From: an uncultured Actinomycetes bacterium | GTDB lineage: Bacteria > Actinomycetota > Coriobacteriia > Anaerosomatales > PHET01 | Direction of reading: 5' to 3' | Assembly (NCBI GenBank): GCA_947085035.1 | Contig: CAMTUW010000006.1 | Span: forward strand, 20,484-84,483 | DNA length: 64,000 bases | Part shown: positions 45,334-54,053 of the stretch, piece after piece | How positions within the stretch are numbered: position 1 is the stretch's first letter | Layout: the number at the start of each line of letters is the position of its first letter | Program-made: the position numbers and the translations under genes | The notes under the pieces: generated by a model | Seen by the model: only the letters and a program-made list of their open reading frames with translations | Databases searched by the model: none | Told to the model about the DNA's origin: nothing

Positions 45334-45968
45334 AAATCCGTCTCGGGCGTGACCCTCACGACGCGGCGCACTGCGAGCCGGTCGGCGTAGAAGCTCATCG
45401 CGGTGCCGAGCGTCATCAGCGCGGTACTCGTCCAGAACACCGGGTGCATGAACGGGGACTGCTGCAGCGAGGCCACGACGATCCCGAAGAGGATGAAGCC
45501 CAGGTGGAGAAGGCCGCTGCCGATCTTCGTGAGGCGTCCCTCGGTCAGATAACTCGGACCCTTGGCGCCGGCCGCGGTGAGCGCGATGACGGCCACTTGG
45601 ATCAACGCGGCGAGTGCGAGGTAGGTGCTCACGCCCGTCGAGAGCGAGCCGGTCGCTACACCCGTGCCCACACCGAGTACCACCATGGCCACTGAGGCGA
45701 CGACGAGCAAACGCCGCGAGAACAGGCGCTTCGGAACGCAGAGTCCCATCGCCACGACCAGTAGGATCAGTTGAGGTGCGGCGATCATGTTCATGGACTC
45801 GATGTAGGCGGCAGACGAGGTCTGTTCCCAGAGCGGATCGGCTCGCTGGGCGAGCCAGACGTGGATCGTCCCGACGAAGCTCTGTACGCCGAGCGTACCG
45901 AGCAACAGCACCGTGATGACGGTCAGACCGAAGTCCCACGAGCGCTGTCTGATCTCGTCGATATCCAT
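45330..45968 (-). CDS. Hypothetical polytopic membrane protein, translationally coupled to the CcsA-like gene
   Basis: ATG at 45968 overlaps the upstream stop (ATGA) and is preceded by GGGAGG. 212 aa, about 6 TM. The rest of track ORF 45330..46790 is a shadow over-extension. Confidence 0.6.
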   Translation of the reverse strand: MDIDEIRQRSWDFGLTVITVLLLGTLGVQSFVGTIHVWLAQRADPLWEQTSSAAYIESMNMIAAPQLILLVVAMGLCVPKRLFSRRLLVVASVAMVVLGVGTGVATGSLSTGVSTYLALAALIQVAVIALTAAGAKGPSYLTEGRLTKIGSGLLHLGFILFGIVVASLQQSPFMHPVFWTSTALMTLGTAMSFYADRLAVRRVVRVTPETDF

Positions 45969-47026
45969 CACACACCTCCCGCCAGCACACGCAGTACCGC
46001 GTCGGCGAACGCACTTGGAGCCCCGATTGCGGCGTAACTGTGCGCTCCCGGCACCAGGTAGGTCGTCGCGTACGTCAGAACCAGGGTGGCGAAGGAGAGC
46101 AAAGAGAGCACAGCGACCACTCGCCACATGCCGCGTCGCCGCAGGTAGAGCCGCGCGTGCAGGTAGGCCGTGTAGAGCAACCACAGCATGATCGACATGT
46201 TGACCTTGCCGCTCCACCACCACGACTCCCCGCTCCACGCGAGAATCGCCCATGGAAAGCCGATGAGCATCCCGAAGGTGAGAGGGAGGTATCCCCAGCG
46301 AGCCCATCGGTACGCGGTCGTCTCGAAAGACGAGTGACGTTTCGCCAGCATGACGAGTGTGGCGAGGAACGAGAGGGCGAACCCTCCGTAACTCACGAAC
46401 AGCAGAGGCGGGTGGACCCACATGTACCACGTGTTGTAGTAGAAGCGCATCGAGCCGTACATGCCCTGGAAGGCGCTCTGGGCCGCCTGCCCGCCTTGTG
46501 CTGTTGCCTGGAGATAGCCCACGAACTGACCGATGAACCCCGGAAGAGGCTCGGTGAACGGTTTGCCGGACAGCGCCGCACCAGCGATGAGCAGCGCGGT
46601 GAAGAGCATCGCCCCAGGCAGGAGTTCTTCGCGGTGGCGGCGCATGACGGTGCCCAGCACGGCCACAACGAGCGCCCAGACGAAGAGCTTCTCGGATTCG
46701 ACCCACAGGGGAACCGCGACACGTCCCACCGCGACGCCGGTCGCGGGATCGATGATCTCGGCGAGCTGCCAGAGCCGGTAATGGAACCACACGAGGACGA
46801 CTTCACCGGCGAGCAAGACGATCGTGGCTGCGAGCAGTGCGGGGCTTCTGAGATGACGTGCGGCAGGGACCACAGCAATCGCCGCCAGCACGAGTGCGAG
46901 CGCGATGAGCGCGAACTGGTAGGGCGCGCCGATTCGCGAGAGCGTCTCCAGCAGGGACTGGAGGGATTCGTATGTTGTTGCTGCGGTGGTCTCCATGCGG
47001 CAAGGATAACCCGTTTGCTGGGGCAT
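45968..47026 (-). CDS. Cytochrome c biogenesis protein, CcsA/ResC family (divergent WWD motif)
   Basis: 352 aa, polytopic. Pattern WYMWVHPPLLFVSYG ... GFPWAILAWSGESWWWSGKVN...WLLYTAYLHARL matches the CcsA heme-handling architecture (two His plus a W-rich loop). The start may be the ATG at 46996. Confidence 0.75.
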   Translation of the reverse strand: MPQQTGYPCRMETTAATTYESLQSLLETLSRIGAPYQFALIALALVLAAIAVVPAARHLRSPALLAATIVLLAGEVVLVWFHYRLWQLAEIIDPATGVAVGRVAVPLWVESEKLFVWALVVAVLGTVMRRHREELLPGAMLFTALLIAGAALSGKPFTEPLPGFIGQFVGYLQATAQGGQAAQSAFQGMYGSMRFYYNTWYMWVHPPLLFVSYGGFALSFLATLVMLAKRHSSFETTAYRWARWGYLPLTFGMLIGFPWAILAWSGESWWWSGKVNMSIMLWLLYTAYLHARLYLRRRGMWRVVAVLSLLSFATLVLTYATTYLVPGAHSYAAIGAPSAFADAVLRVLAGGV

Positions 47027-47104
47027 CGGTCACACGGTTACACTCCGTCTCTAGGCGTGTTCGCATCCTCGCCACCACCGACCTCGAAGGAGTGCTCGCG
47101 AGCC

Positions 47105-48352
47105 GTGTATTCCGGTCGCCTGAAAAAGCGCATCACCCGCTCGCTCGTCGTCTCGTGGCGGGAGCAGCCCACGCGCTATGACATCGAGGCGCTGCAGGCC
47201 AACATCCGCCGCGTGGGGCTCGTCATCCGGGTTCGCTGGATGCTCGTCGGCGTGCTCGCTGCCTATTCGGTCCTTGCCGGCGGACTCTACGCCACGCACA
47301 TGGAACTGACACAGCTGCTGAGCCACATGTTCGTTCCGGCGTTCGCTCTGGGCTTGGTGGTTCTGTACAACATCTTCTACTCGCTCAACTATCGACGTCT
47401 GGGCAACATCGCCGTCTGGAACAACCTGCAACTGGGGCTCGATGCGCTCGTCGTCACTGTGTTGGTGTATTTCAGCGGCGGTGCCAACTCGTGGTTCTGG
47501 ACGATGTATGCGCTCTTCATCTTCGAGGCCGCTGCGATCCTGCCTCGCTCGAAAGACACATGGCTGCACGCCCTGTTCAGCTGTGCGCTGCTCGGTATGG
47601 TCGAGTGGTCCGAGTTCGCGGGCTTATTGCCTCACATAGTCATCCCATTCACGGGCACCGACTTCTACCAAGACGTCGTGTTCGTCTCCGTGCGCTATCT
47701 GTGGCAGGTCGCGGTCCTGCTCGGCATGGCCTCGGTTTCGACGCTCATCGTTGGTCAGCTGAGACGCGATCTGTCTTCGCGCCTCTCGCAAGGGATCCTT
47801 GACGAGGCGACGGGGCTGTACTCGCGGCCCTACCTCATGAAGGCGTTCGCCGCCGAGGCCCATAGGGCTCAGCGTGACCAGCGGCCGCTTCATGTGGCGC
47901 TCATCGACATCGATCGGTTCGGCGAGTTCAACACGAAATTCGGAATCGACGCTGGTGACAGGATGCTTTCTGCGCTCGCGAGCATGATGTCGCAGATGAT
48001 CGCTCCTGCCGGAGCCACGACTCAGACCGGGAACCTCGCGGCGCGCTATGGCGGCGAGGAGTTCTGCGTGCTGCTCTCGGAGACCGAGGTCATGGGCGAG
48101 GCGTTCTCGCGAGAGGACGCGGTCGCGTTCGCCGAGAGACTTCGGGAGGCCGCCGCCAACGTGGTGATCGATGACGCCCGCGTGACGGTCTCGGTGGGCG
48201 TCGCGTCGTTTCCCGAAGACGGCATGACCTCTGAAGAGCTGCTCGATGCAGCCGACGCCGCGTTGGCATGCGCGGTCGAGATGGGAGGCAACCAAGTGGT
48301 CAGCACGGTTGACTGTCCTGGGGCGATGGCGGCCAGAGTCCTCGCGACATGA
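47105..48352 (+). CDS. Membrane-bound diguanylate cyclase (GGDEF)
   Basis: C-terminal GGDEF domain (RYGGEEFCVLL, an RxxD-like I-site candidate upstream) after about 6 TM. The start is uncertain (GTG 47105 or ATG 47240). The 5' part of track ORF 46040..48352 is antisense to the CcsA-like gene. Confidence 0.8.
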   Translation: MYSGRLKKRITRSLVVSWREQPTRYDIEALQANIRRVGLVIRVRWMLVGVLAAYSVLAGGLYATHMELTQLLSHMFVPAFALGLVVLYNIFYSLNYRRLGNIAVWNNLQLGLDALVVTVLVYFSGGANSWFWTMYALFIFEAAAILPRSKDTWLHALFSCALLGMVEWSEFAGLLPHIVIPFTGTDFYQDVVFVSVRYLWQVAVLLGMASVSTLIVGQLRRDLSSRLSQGILDEATGLYSRPYLMKAFAAEAHRAQRDQRPLHVALIDIDRFGEFNTKFGIDAGDRMLSALASMMSQMIAPAGATTQTGNLAARYGGEEFCVLLSETEVMGEAFSREDAVAFAERLREAAANVVIDDARVTVSVGVASFPEDGMTSEELLDAADAALACAVEMGGNQVVSTVDCPGAMAARVLAT

Positions 48353-49032
48353 CTCTCGCAGAGCGCGTGTCCCGATGGTCTGTGGCTGCGATGCTCATGG
48401 TCCTCGCGGTGCTTCTTGCTCTTCAGCCGCTCATGCTGCCAGCTTTCACCCAGACACTCGTCGAGCGCTTCTCGTCGAACGAGGAGACCGGCTTGTCCGA
48501 TGCCGAGGCGGCCGCAATCGCCGAACAGGTGCGGGCGTTCGTCGTCGAAGGAACCGGTTCGCTACCTGAACGTGTGGGGTCACGTGCGGGCTTCGACACC
48601 CGAGCCATCGAACACCTGGTGGACGTGCGTGAAGTGATGTCGGCAGCACGTCTCGCCACAGGTGGCCTGACTCTGCTCGCCGTCGTGTGGCTGACATTCG
48701 GTCTGGCGAGGAGACGTCTGCGCCAGATGACTCGAACGCTGCGCGCCGCCGCGCGGATGGCGATCGGGTTCCCGCTGGTAGTCATGCTGGTGGGGCTACT
48801 CGCTTTCGATGCGGTCTTCGCGGGTTTTCACGCTCTGTTCTTCAGCGCCGGGACGTGGGTGTTCCCGTACGATTCGCTTCTGATCCAGCTCTTTCCCGAG
48901 CCGTTCTGGGCGCTCGCTGCGGTGTCGTGGGGCGTGTTTGTCGTGGTGTTCGGTCTGCTGTTCGGCCTTGCGAGCGTCTCGCTCGGGCGTCTCGTGAGTA
49001 CGCCGCCCACCGAATCCGCATCGGGAATGTGA
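48349..49032 (+). CDS. TIGR01906/DUF1461-family integral membrane protein
   Basis: 227 aa. ATGA overlap with the GGDEF gene. Motif FHALFFSAGTWVFPYDSLLIQLFPEPFW is typical of the family. Confidence 0.7.
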   Translation: MTLAERVSRWSVAAMLMVLAVLLALQPLMLPAFTQTLVERFSSNEETGLSDAEAAAIAEQVRAFVVEGTGSLPERVGSRAGFDTRAIEHLVDVREVMSAARLATGGLTLLAVVWLTFGLARRRLRQMTRTLRAAARMAIGFPLVVMLVGLLAFDAVFAGFHALFFSAGTWVFPYDSLLIQLFPEPFWALAAVSWGVFVVVFGLLFGLASVSLGRLVSTPPTESASGM

Positions 49033-49173
49033 GTGCGAAGCCGTGACAAACGGGGTTGCAGGTGCAAGACTCTCATACGAGCGGGCATCGGAGCCCGACC
49101 ACAGGGGAACGACCGCCAAGGCCCACCACCCGGTGAAACGGCCTGCGGTTGAATGAAAAGGAGGTGTCTGCGA

Positions 49174-49323
49174 ATGGCAGCCAAGGAAGGTTATTGCGTC
49201 AAGTGCAAGGCCAAGAGGGAGATTCAGGACGCCCAGGAGATCACGATGAAGAACGGTCGCCCGGCGACCCAGGGCCTGTGCCCCGAGTGCGGCACCAAGA
49301 TCTTCAAGATCGGCAAGTCCTAG
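49174..49323 (+). CDS. DUF5679-type small zinc-ribbon protein (49 aa)
   Basis: Not in the ORF track (under 60 aa). The track ORF 49149..49478 is in another frame. AAAGGAGG SD 10 nt upstream of the ATG. Product MAAKEGYCVKCKAKREIQDAQEITMKNGRPATQGLCPECGTKIFKIGKS. Confidence 0.7.
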   Translation: MAAKEGYCVKCKAKREIQDAQEITMKNGRPATQGLCPECGTKIFKIGKS

Positions 49324-49351
49324 ATCGTATCTCCTGTTTCATTTTCGCGGG

Positions 49352-49380
49352 CGCCGCAGGACCATCGGGTCGGCGGCGTT
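49352..49380 (+). terminator. Candidate intrinsic terminator after the DUF5679 gene
   Basis: gcgccgc ... gcggcgt stem (cgccgc 49353-49358 pairs with gcggcg 49374-49379), 15-nt loop, followed by ttcgtgtttt. Confidence 0.4.
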
Positions 49381-49474
49381 CGTGTTTTCCGATGTTGCAT
49401 TCACCGCGCGGCAGGCGTAGCTTCATGCAGATGTTTCTTGTGGGCTCCGCATTCGACAGGGGGTTGGCGACTCG

Positions 49475-50116
49475 ATGAACGTCATTGTGGTGGGGTGCGG
49501 CCGCGTAGGCTCACAGTTGGCCACCCTGCTCTCAGTCGACGGCCACAACGTCAGTGTCATCGACAAGAACCCTGACTCCTTCCGACGCCTCGGCACCACC
49601 TTCAACGGAGTCACGATTCGGGGTCTGGGTTTCGACGAGGAGGCGCTCCAAGAAGCGGGCATCGAGGAATGCGACGCGTTCGCGGCGGTCACGAACCTCG
49701 ACAACACCAATCTCATGGCGGCCGAGGTGGCGCGCAAGATATTCGGTGTGCCGCACGTCGTGGCGCGTCTCTACAATCCGCAGCGTGAACGCACCTACCA
49801 GCAACTTGATCTCGACTACGTCTGCGGTACGACGCTCGTCGCCGAGAGTCTTCTCGACAAGATCAAGTCCGGACACGGGCACCATGTCGACTCATTCGGA
49901 GACGTCGAGATCGTGGTCTTCAAGCTGCGCGCGGACGCTGCGGGCAAGCGAGTCAGAGAGATGTTCCTCGAGGGGCAGATACTCCCCGCGATCATCGCTC
50001 GCGGCAATCAGACGTTCATCCCTTCGCTCGACACGGAGTTCCGACTGGGCGACGTGGTGCGAGTGGCCGTCAAGAACGAGTCCGTCCACAAGCTCACTCG
50101 CTTCATGGAGGAGTAG
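49475..50116 (+). CDS. trkA: TrkA/KtrA-family K+ uptake regulatory protein (RCK_N plus RCK_C)
   Basis: 213 aa. Rossmann motif VVGCGRVGSQLA. Confidence 0.88.
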   Translation: MNVIVVGCGRVGSQLATLLSVDGHNVSVIDKNPDSFRRLGTTFNGVTIRGLGFDEEALQEAGIEECDAFAAVTNLDNTNLMAAEVARKIFGVPHVVARLYNPQRERTYQQLDLDYVCGTTLVAESLLDKIKSGHGHHVDSFGDVEIVVFKLRADAAGKRVREMFLEGQILPAIIARGNQTFIPSLDTEFRLGDVVRVAVKNESVHKLTRFMEE

Positions 50117-50118
50117 CC

Positions 50119-50787
50119 GTGTACATCGTGATCAATGGCGGGGGCAAGGTCGCCTCGTATCTGGCTCGGACGCTGGTCGAGGCCGGGCACGACGTCGCGG
50201 TGATCGAGAGGCGCGCCGACGTCGTGGACAAGCTCGTTGCTGAGCTGCCTAGGCGCGCGCTCATCATCTTGGGCGACGGGTGTGACGCGCAGTTCCAAGA
50301 CGATGCGGGGGCCGCGAAGGCCGACGTGTTCGCGTCTGTGACCGGAGACGACGATGACAACCTGGTGGCCTGTCAGCTCGCGAAGGTGGCGTTCGGAGTG
50401 CCGCGTACCATCAGCCGAGTGAACAACCCGAAGAACGAGCACATCTTCAACGCGCTCGGCATCGAGGCCATCTCCTCGACAACGATCATCAGCCGCATGA
50501 TCGAGGAGGAGGCCACGGTCGGCGATATCCACACGCTCGCGACGTTGCGCAAAGGCGACATGGCGATCGTCGAGATACAGCTCCCGGTGGACCGGTGTGT
50601 GGTGTGCAACAAGCCGGTCTCCTCGCTTGCTCTTCCGAAAGACTCGGTCCTGATCGCAGTCATCCGGTCTGACGAGAGCGTCGAGACGGTCCACGGTGAC
50701 ACGGAGCTCGGTCCCGGAGACACCGTCATAGCATTCACGGGTGTCGCTTCGGAAAGGGCACTCAAGAAAGTCTTGACGGGAGTGTAG
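50119..50787 (+). CDS. trkA: Second TrkA/KtrA-family K+ uptake regulatory protein
   Basis: 222 aa. Rossmann motif INGGGKVASYLA. GTG start 2 nt after the previous stop. Confidence 0.88.
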   Translation: MYIVINGGGKVASYLARTLVEAGHDVAVIERRADVVDKLVAELPRRALIILGDGCDAQFQDDAGAAKADVFASVTGDDDDNLVACQLAKVAFGVPRTISRVNNPKNEHIFNALGIEAISSTTIISRMIEEEATVGDIHTLATLRKGDMAIVEIQLPVDRCVVCNKPVSSLALPKDSVLIAVIRSDESVETVHGDTELGPGDTVIAFTGVASERALKKVLTGV

Positions 50788-50864
50788 GCTCGGCGGCCGC
50801 AGGACACACGCGGTGGCGCGCAGTTTGCCCGCGCTGAGCAGGCTGGTTTACACTTCCGCTGCAT

Positions 50865-50939
50865 GCGGGTGTAGTTCAATGGTAGAGCGTCAGCTTCCCA
50901 AGCTGAAAGTTGCCGGTTCGAGTCCGGTCACCCGCTCCA
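50865..50939 (+). tRNA. tRNA-Gly (anticodon CCC), CCA encoded
   Basis: Manual cloverleaf:
- Acceptor GCGGGTG/CACCCGC.
- D-arm GTTC-AATGGTA-GAGC.
- Anticodon arm TCAGC-TTCCCAA-GCTGA.
- Variable loop AAGTT.
- T-arm GCCGG-TTCGAGT-CCGGT.
- Discriminator T, then CCA. Confidence 0.95.
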
Positions 50940-51046
50940 TGCGACTTTTTTTCGGCGGCGTGCAGGAATCCTGAAACCAAGAGCGAACAAGTGTTCGTAA
51001 TGGCCCCTCGCCCCCGCTCCCATCTCATCGAGGTGGGGTGTTTCGA

Positions 51047-52114
51047 ATGAGGTTCACGAGATTCGTGGCGGCTTGCGTCGCCGCCGTCCTGTTCGGTTCT
51101 ACCGCGGCGATCGCTGTGCCCGTCGGTGCCGGGGTGCTCCTCGGGTTCGGCGACAGATACTCGCTTCGCGCCGGCGAGACCTCGCTCCACCGAGGCGTCG
51201 ATGTGGCGTGTCAGCCGGGCGACGCGGTGTTCTCGCCACTGGCGGGTGAGATCTCGTTCGTGGGCAGGGTGCCTGCAACGGCTGGGGGCACCATGCTCGC
51301 GGTCAGCGTGATCACCGAGGCCGGCACCATCACTTTGATGCCGTTCTCCGAGGCCCACGTGAAGCGGGGCCAGAGCATCTCGGCAGGCGAGCGAATCGGC
51401 ACAGCCGCCGGATTCGGGGACGCGTCGAGTGCAGAGCCGCACCTTCACGTTGGCCTGAAACGCGGATCGCTCTATCTCGATCCATCAGAGCTGCTCGTCG
51501 CTCCTCCTGTGCCTGAGGCGGACAGATCGCCGGAGCCGGGTGTGGCGGTGATCGTGGAGTCGCCGGCGCCATCCCCTGCAGGACAAGGCGTCGCCGTCGT
51601 GCCCGCGCAAGGCGCACTTCAGCCCGCAGGCGCCGGAGTCGCGGTCTTGCAGCCGGGGGTAGCGGTCGTGCGCTCGGGTGTGGCAGTAGTGCACCCGGGC
51701 GTGGTGACGGCGCCAGCCCCAGGCGGATCGATCGCGGGCGTTGCACCAGATACGGTGAGTGGCGCGGTCGACGCGGGAGTGCGCGTATTGTCGCCGATCG
51801 GCGCCGAGGCGCCCGGGAGACCGGTCGTGACCGCGAGCCCGCTTCGGCGACTGGGTGACGCGGCGGCCGAGCGGATTCTGTCCGCGAACAAGGTCAGTCC
51901 GGCCGGAGTTGCGGCGATCCTGGTCGCCCTTGTCGCCTGCGCTCTGCTCTTCTCCGTCCGCACCCTTCAGCGGCGCGTCCTTTCCTCTACCGTGTCAGAC
52001 CGGCTGGGATACTTGTTGCAGCACCTGAAAGCCGGTGATACACTACGCGGGCTCACATCCTGCCCCGGGCCGCTGCCTTCACAGTCCCGGGGCCGAATAG
52101 CCCAGGGGAGGTGA
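51047..52114 (+). CDS. M23-family peptidoglycan metalloendopeptidase with low-complexity and C-terminal TM region
   Basis: ATG at 51047 after GAGGTGGGG. Signal peptide. M23 motifs HRGVD and PHLHVGL. A G-V-A-V-rich repeat region follows. Confidence 0.8.
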   Translation: MRFTRFVAACVAAVLFGSTAAIAVPVGAGVLLGFGDRYSLRAGETSLHRGVDVACQPGDAVFSPLAGEISFVGRVPATAGGTMLAVSVITEAGTITLMPFSEAHVKRGQSISAGERIGTAAGFGDASSAEPHLHVGLKRGSLYLDPSELLVAPPVPEADRSPEPGVAVIVESPAPSPAGQGVAVVPAQGALQPAGAGVAVLQPGVAVVRSGVAVVHPGVVTAPAPGGSIAGVAPDTVSGAVDAGVRVLSPIGAEAPGRPVVTASPLRRLGDAAAERILSANKVSPAGVAAILVALVACALLFSVRTLQRRVLSSTVSDRLGYLLQHLKAGDTLRGLTSCPGPLPSQSRGRIAQGR

Positions 52115-52118
52115 CAAC

Positions 52119-52412
52119 GTGAAGGCTTACGAACTACTGCTTTTGATCAATCCCTCGCTCGACGAGGAATCCCGTGCTGCCCTCCTTGAGAAGTTTCAGG
52201 GAGTGATTCTTGCAGACGGGGGCGTCGTGGACAAAGTCGATCTGTGGGGCAAGCGCCGTCTTGCATTCGAGATCGACAAGATCACCGATGGTGACTACAC
52301 ACTCATCGATTTCCACACCGCGCCGGCCGCCATCGCCGAGCTGGATCGGGTGCTGCACATCACCGATTCCGTACTCCGCTACATGATCGTGCGACGCGAG
52401 GACAGAGAATAG
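52119..52412 (+). CDS. rpsF: 30S ribosomal protein S6
   Basis: 97 aa. MKAYELLLLINPSL...WGKRRLAFEI. Confidence 0.95.
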   Translation: MKAYELLLLINPSLDEESRAALLEKFQGVILADGGVVDKVDLWGKRRLAFEIDKITDGDYTLIDFHTAPAAIAELDRVLHITDSVLRYMIVRREDRE

Positions 52413-52482
52413 GTCCAGCACGCCGATACTGCGGAGGCGGATCAAATCCGTATCCGTGAACAGCTTAAGGTGGTTTGAAGAG

Positions 52483-52911
52483 ATGAGTATCAACAGAGTC
52501 GTCATCAGTGGGAATCTCACTCGTGATCCCGAGTTGCGCGCGACCGCAGGCGGTATGGCGGTGCTCCAGCTTGGCATCGCGGTGAACGACCGCCGCAAGA
52601 ACTCGCAGTCGGGTGAGTGGGAAGATGTCCCCAACTTCTTCGATGTCGTGGTGTTCGGACAGCGTGGCGAGTCGATCTCGAAGTTCCTCTCCAAGGGGAG
52701 CAAGGTCGCGATCGAGGGTAAGCTGCGCTGGAGTTCTTGGGATGACAAGACCACGGGTGCCAAGCGCTCGAAGGTCGAGATCATCGCAGACGACATCGAG
52801 TTCATGTCAACGCGCGGAGAAGGCGGCGGCTCCGGTGGAGGCTACAGCGCTCCCACCAAGCCCGAGGCCGACTCCGGTTCCGAGACGTTTGAAGACGACA
52901 TTCCGTTCTAG
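52483..52911 (+). CDS. ssb: Single-stranded DNA-binding protein
   Basis: ATG at 52483 after [28 protein letters not shown] fold, Gly-rich linker, acidic tip DDIPF. Confidence 0.93.
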   Translation: MSINRVVISGNLTRDPELRATAGGMAVLQLGIAVNDRRKNSQSGEWEDVPNFFDVVVFGQRGESISKFLSKGSKVAIEGKLRWSSWDDKTTGAKRSKVEIIADDIEFMSTRGEGGGSGGGYSAPTKPEADSGSETFEDDIPF

Positions 52912-52982
52912 CGAACGACCGGCGTCCGCCCGGACGCCACTATCGAGCCCCGCGAGATTTCGCGGAAGGAGGGTCAGAGAAC

Positions 52983-53240
52983 ATGTCCGATTATGGTCGC
53001 AAGCCGCGACGCAAGTACTGCCAGTTCTGCAAGGACCACGCGGAGTACATCGACTACAAGGACTCGCAGATGCTGCGCAAGTTCATGACGGACCGTGGCA
53101 AGATCAAGCCGCGTCGCGTGTCAGGCAACTGCGCGCAGCATCAGCATAGGCTGTCCACCGCCATCAAGCGGGCGCGTGAGATGGCGTTGCTTCCCTACAC
53201 CGTGCCCGTAATCAGTAACCGCATCGGCAAGGGCCGTTAG
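52983..53240 (+). CDS. rpsR: 30S ribosomal protein S18
   Basis: 85 aa. [16 protein letters not shown]...[15 protein letters not shown]. Confidence 0.95.
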   Translation: MSDYGRKPRRKYCQFCKDHAEYIDYKDSQMLRKFMTDRGKIKPRRVSGNCAQHQHRLSTAIKRAREMALLPYTVPVISNRIGKGR

Positions 53241-53264
53241 CCCGCCGCCCCTGGAGGAGAAGCC

Positions 53265-53792
53265 ATGAAGGTCATCCTGACTCAGGAGCTGAGAGGCCGC
53301 GGCGGCGAGGGCGACGTCATTGATGTCGCTCGCGGGTTCGCGGTCAACTACCTGTTGCCACGCAACTTCGCCATTCAGGCGACGCCGGGCAACTTGAAGC
53401 AGCTCGAGCAGCGTAAGCACAACATCACGAAGCGCGAGGAGCAGCGTATCGGCAGTGCCGAGACGTTCGCTACGTCGCTCGACGGCAAGACTGTCGTCAT
53501 CGCCGCGAAGGTGGGCGAAGAGGGTCGTTTGTTCGGTTCAGTCACAGCGGCCATGGTGCACGAGGCGATCCTCGAGCAGCTGGGCGTCGACGTGGACCGA
53601 CGCAAGATCGAGACGCACGGTCACATCAAGATGGCCGGGGCGCATGTCGTCGACATCTCCGTGTACCGCGAGATCAAGGTGCAGGTGACCGTCGAGGTCG
53701 TCGCCGAGGGCACTGCTGTCGCCACGCCGACCGCAGAGGTCGACGAGACCATCGAAGAGGCCACTGAAGCGGTTGAAGAAGCCGCCGAGTAG
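53265..53792 (+). CDS. rplI: 50S ribosomal protein L9
   Basis: 175 aa. MKVILTQELRGRGGEGDVIDVARGFAVNYLLP. Confidence 0.95.
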   Translation: MKVILTQELRGRGGEGDVIDVARGFAVNYLLPRNFAIQATPGNLKQLEQRKHNITKREEQRIGSAETFATSLDGKTVVIAAKVGEEGRLFGSVTAAMVHEAILEQLGVDVDRRKIETHGHIKMAGAHVVDISVYREIKVQVTVEVVAEGTAVATPTAEVDETIEEATEAVEEAAE

Positions 53793-53815
53793 CTGAAGCG
53801 TCACACAGGTGTCGA

Positions 53816-53848
53816 GTCCGGACCGTCCTGATTCAGGGCGGTCCGGAC
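53816..53848 (+). terminator. Strong hairpin after rplI
   Basis: gtccggaccgtcc (53816-53828), loop tgattca, gggcggtccggac (53836-53848), 12 of 13 bp paired. A moderately T-rich tail follows (tgtcttcc). Confidence 0.5.
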
Positions 53849-54053
53849 TGTCTTCCGGGCTGTCTTCGGGTCGATCACACGGTGACGGTGTTCTGTGGAT
53901 GCAGGGGATAACAAGCATTCATGCTGGCAGCGGCGACGCGTCATCCACCTCGGGCTGTGGACGACTACCAGTGCACGTACATCCCGCAGGCGTGCGCGCT
54001 ATCATCATTCAGGAACATGTCCACACAGTGATGCGAGGGGGTCGGGGCGGGTC

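Noticed and set aside
44275-46014. 579-aa minus-strand ORF
   Set aside because: It is antisense to the M28 peptidase and out of frame with the real 45330..45968 gene. It has no motifs and an Arg/Pro/Gly-rich composition, so it is a shadow ORF.
46040-47104. 5' 355 codons of the 770-aa track ORF 46040..48352, and the 5' part of 45330..46790
   Set aside because: They are antisense to or out of frame with the CcsA-like gene. The recognisable membrane/GGDEF protein starts only around 47105-47240. The extension is Arg/Glu/His-rich shadow sequence.
49324-49474. Possible c-di-AMP (ydaO-type) riboswitch upstream of the trkA/ktrA genes
   Set aside because: The 150-nt leader shows only a terminator-like hairpin. 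I could not find the conserved ydaO pseudo-symmetric ACGGGG/CCCA-type cores. A covariance-model search would be needed to reopen this.
50865-52114. tRNA-Gly as a possible integration site for a genomic island
   Set aside because: No integrase, no direct repeat of the tRNA 3' end, and the flanking genes (trkA pair, M23 peptidase, rpsF operon) look like core genes.
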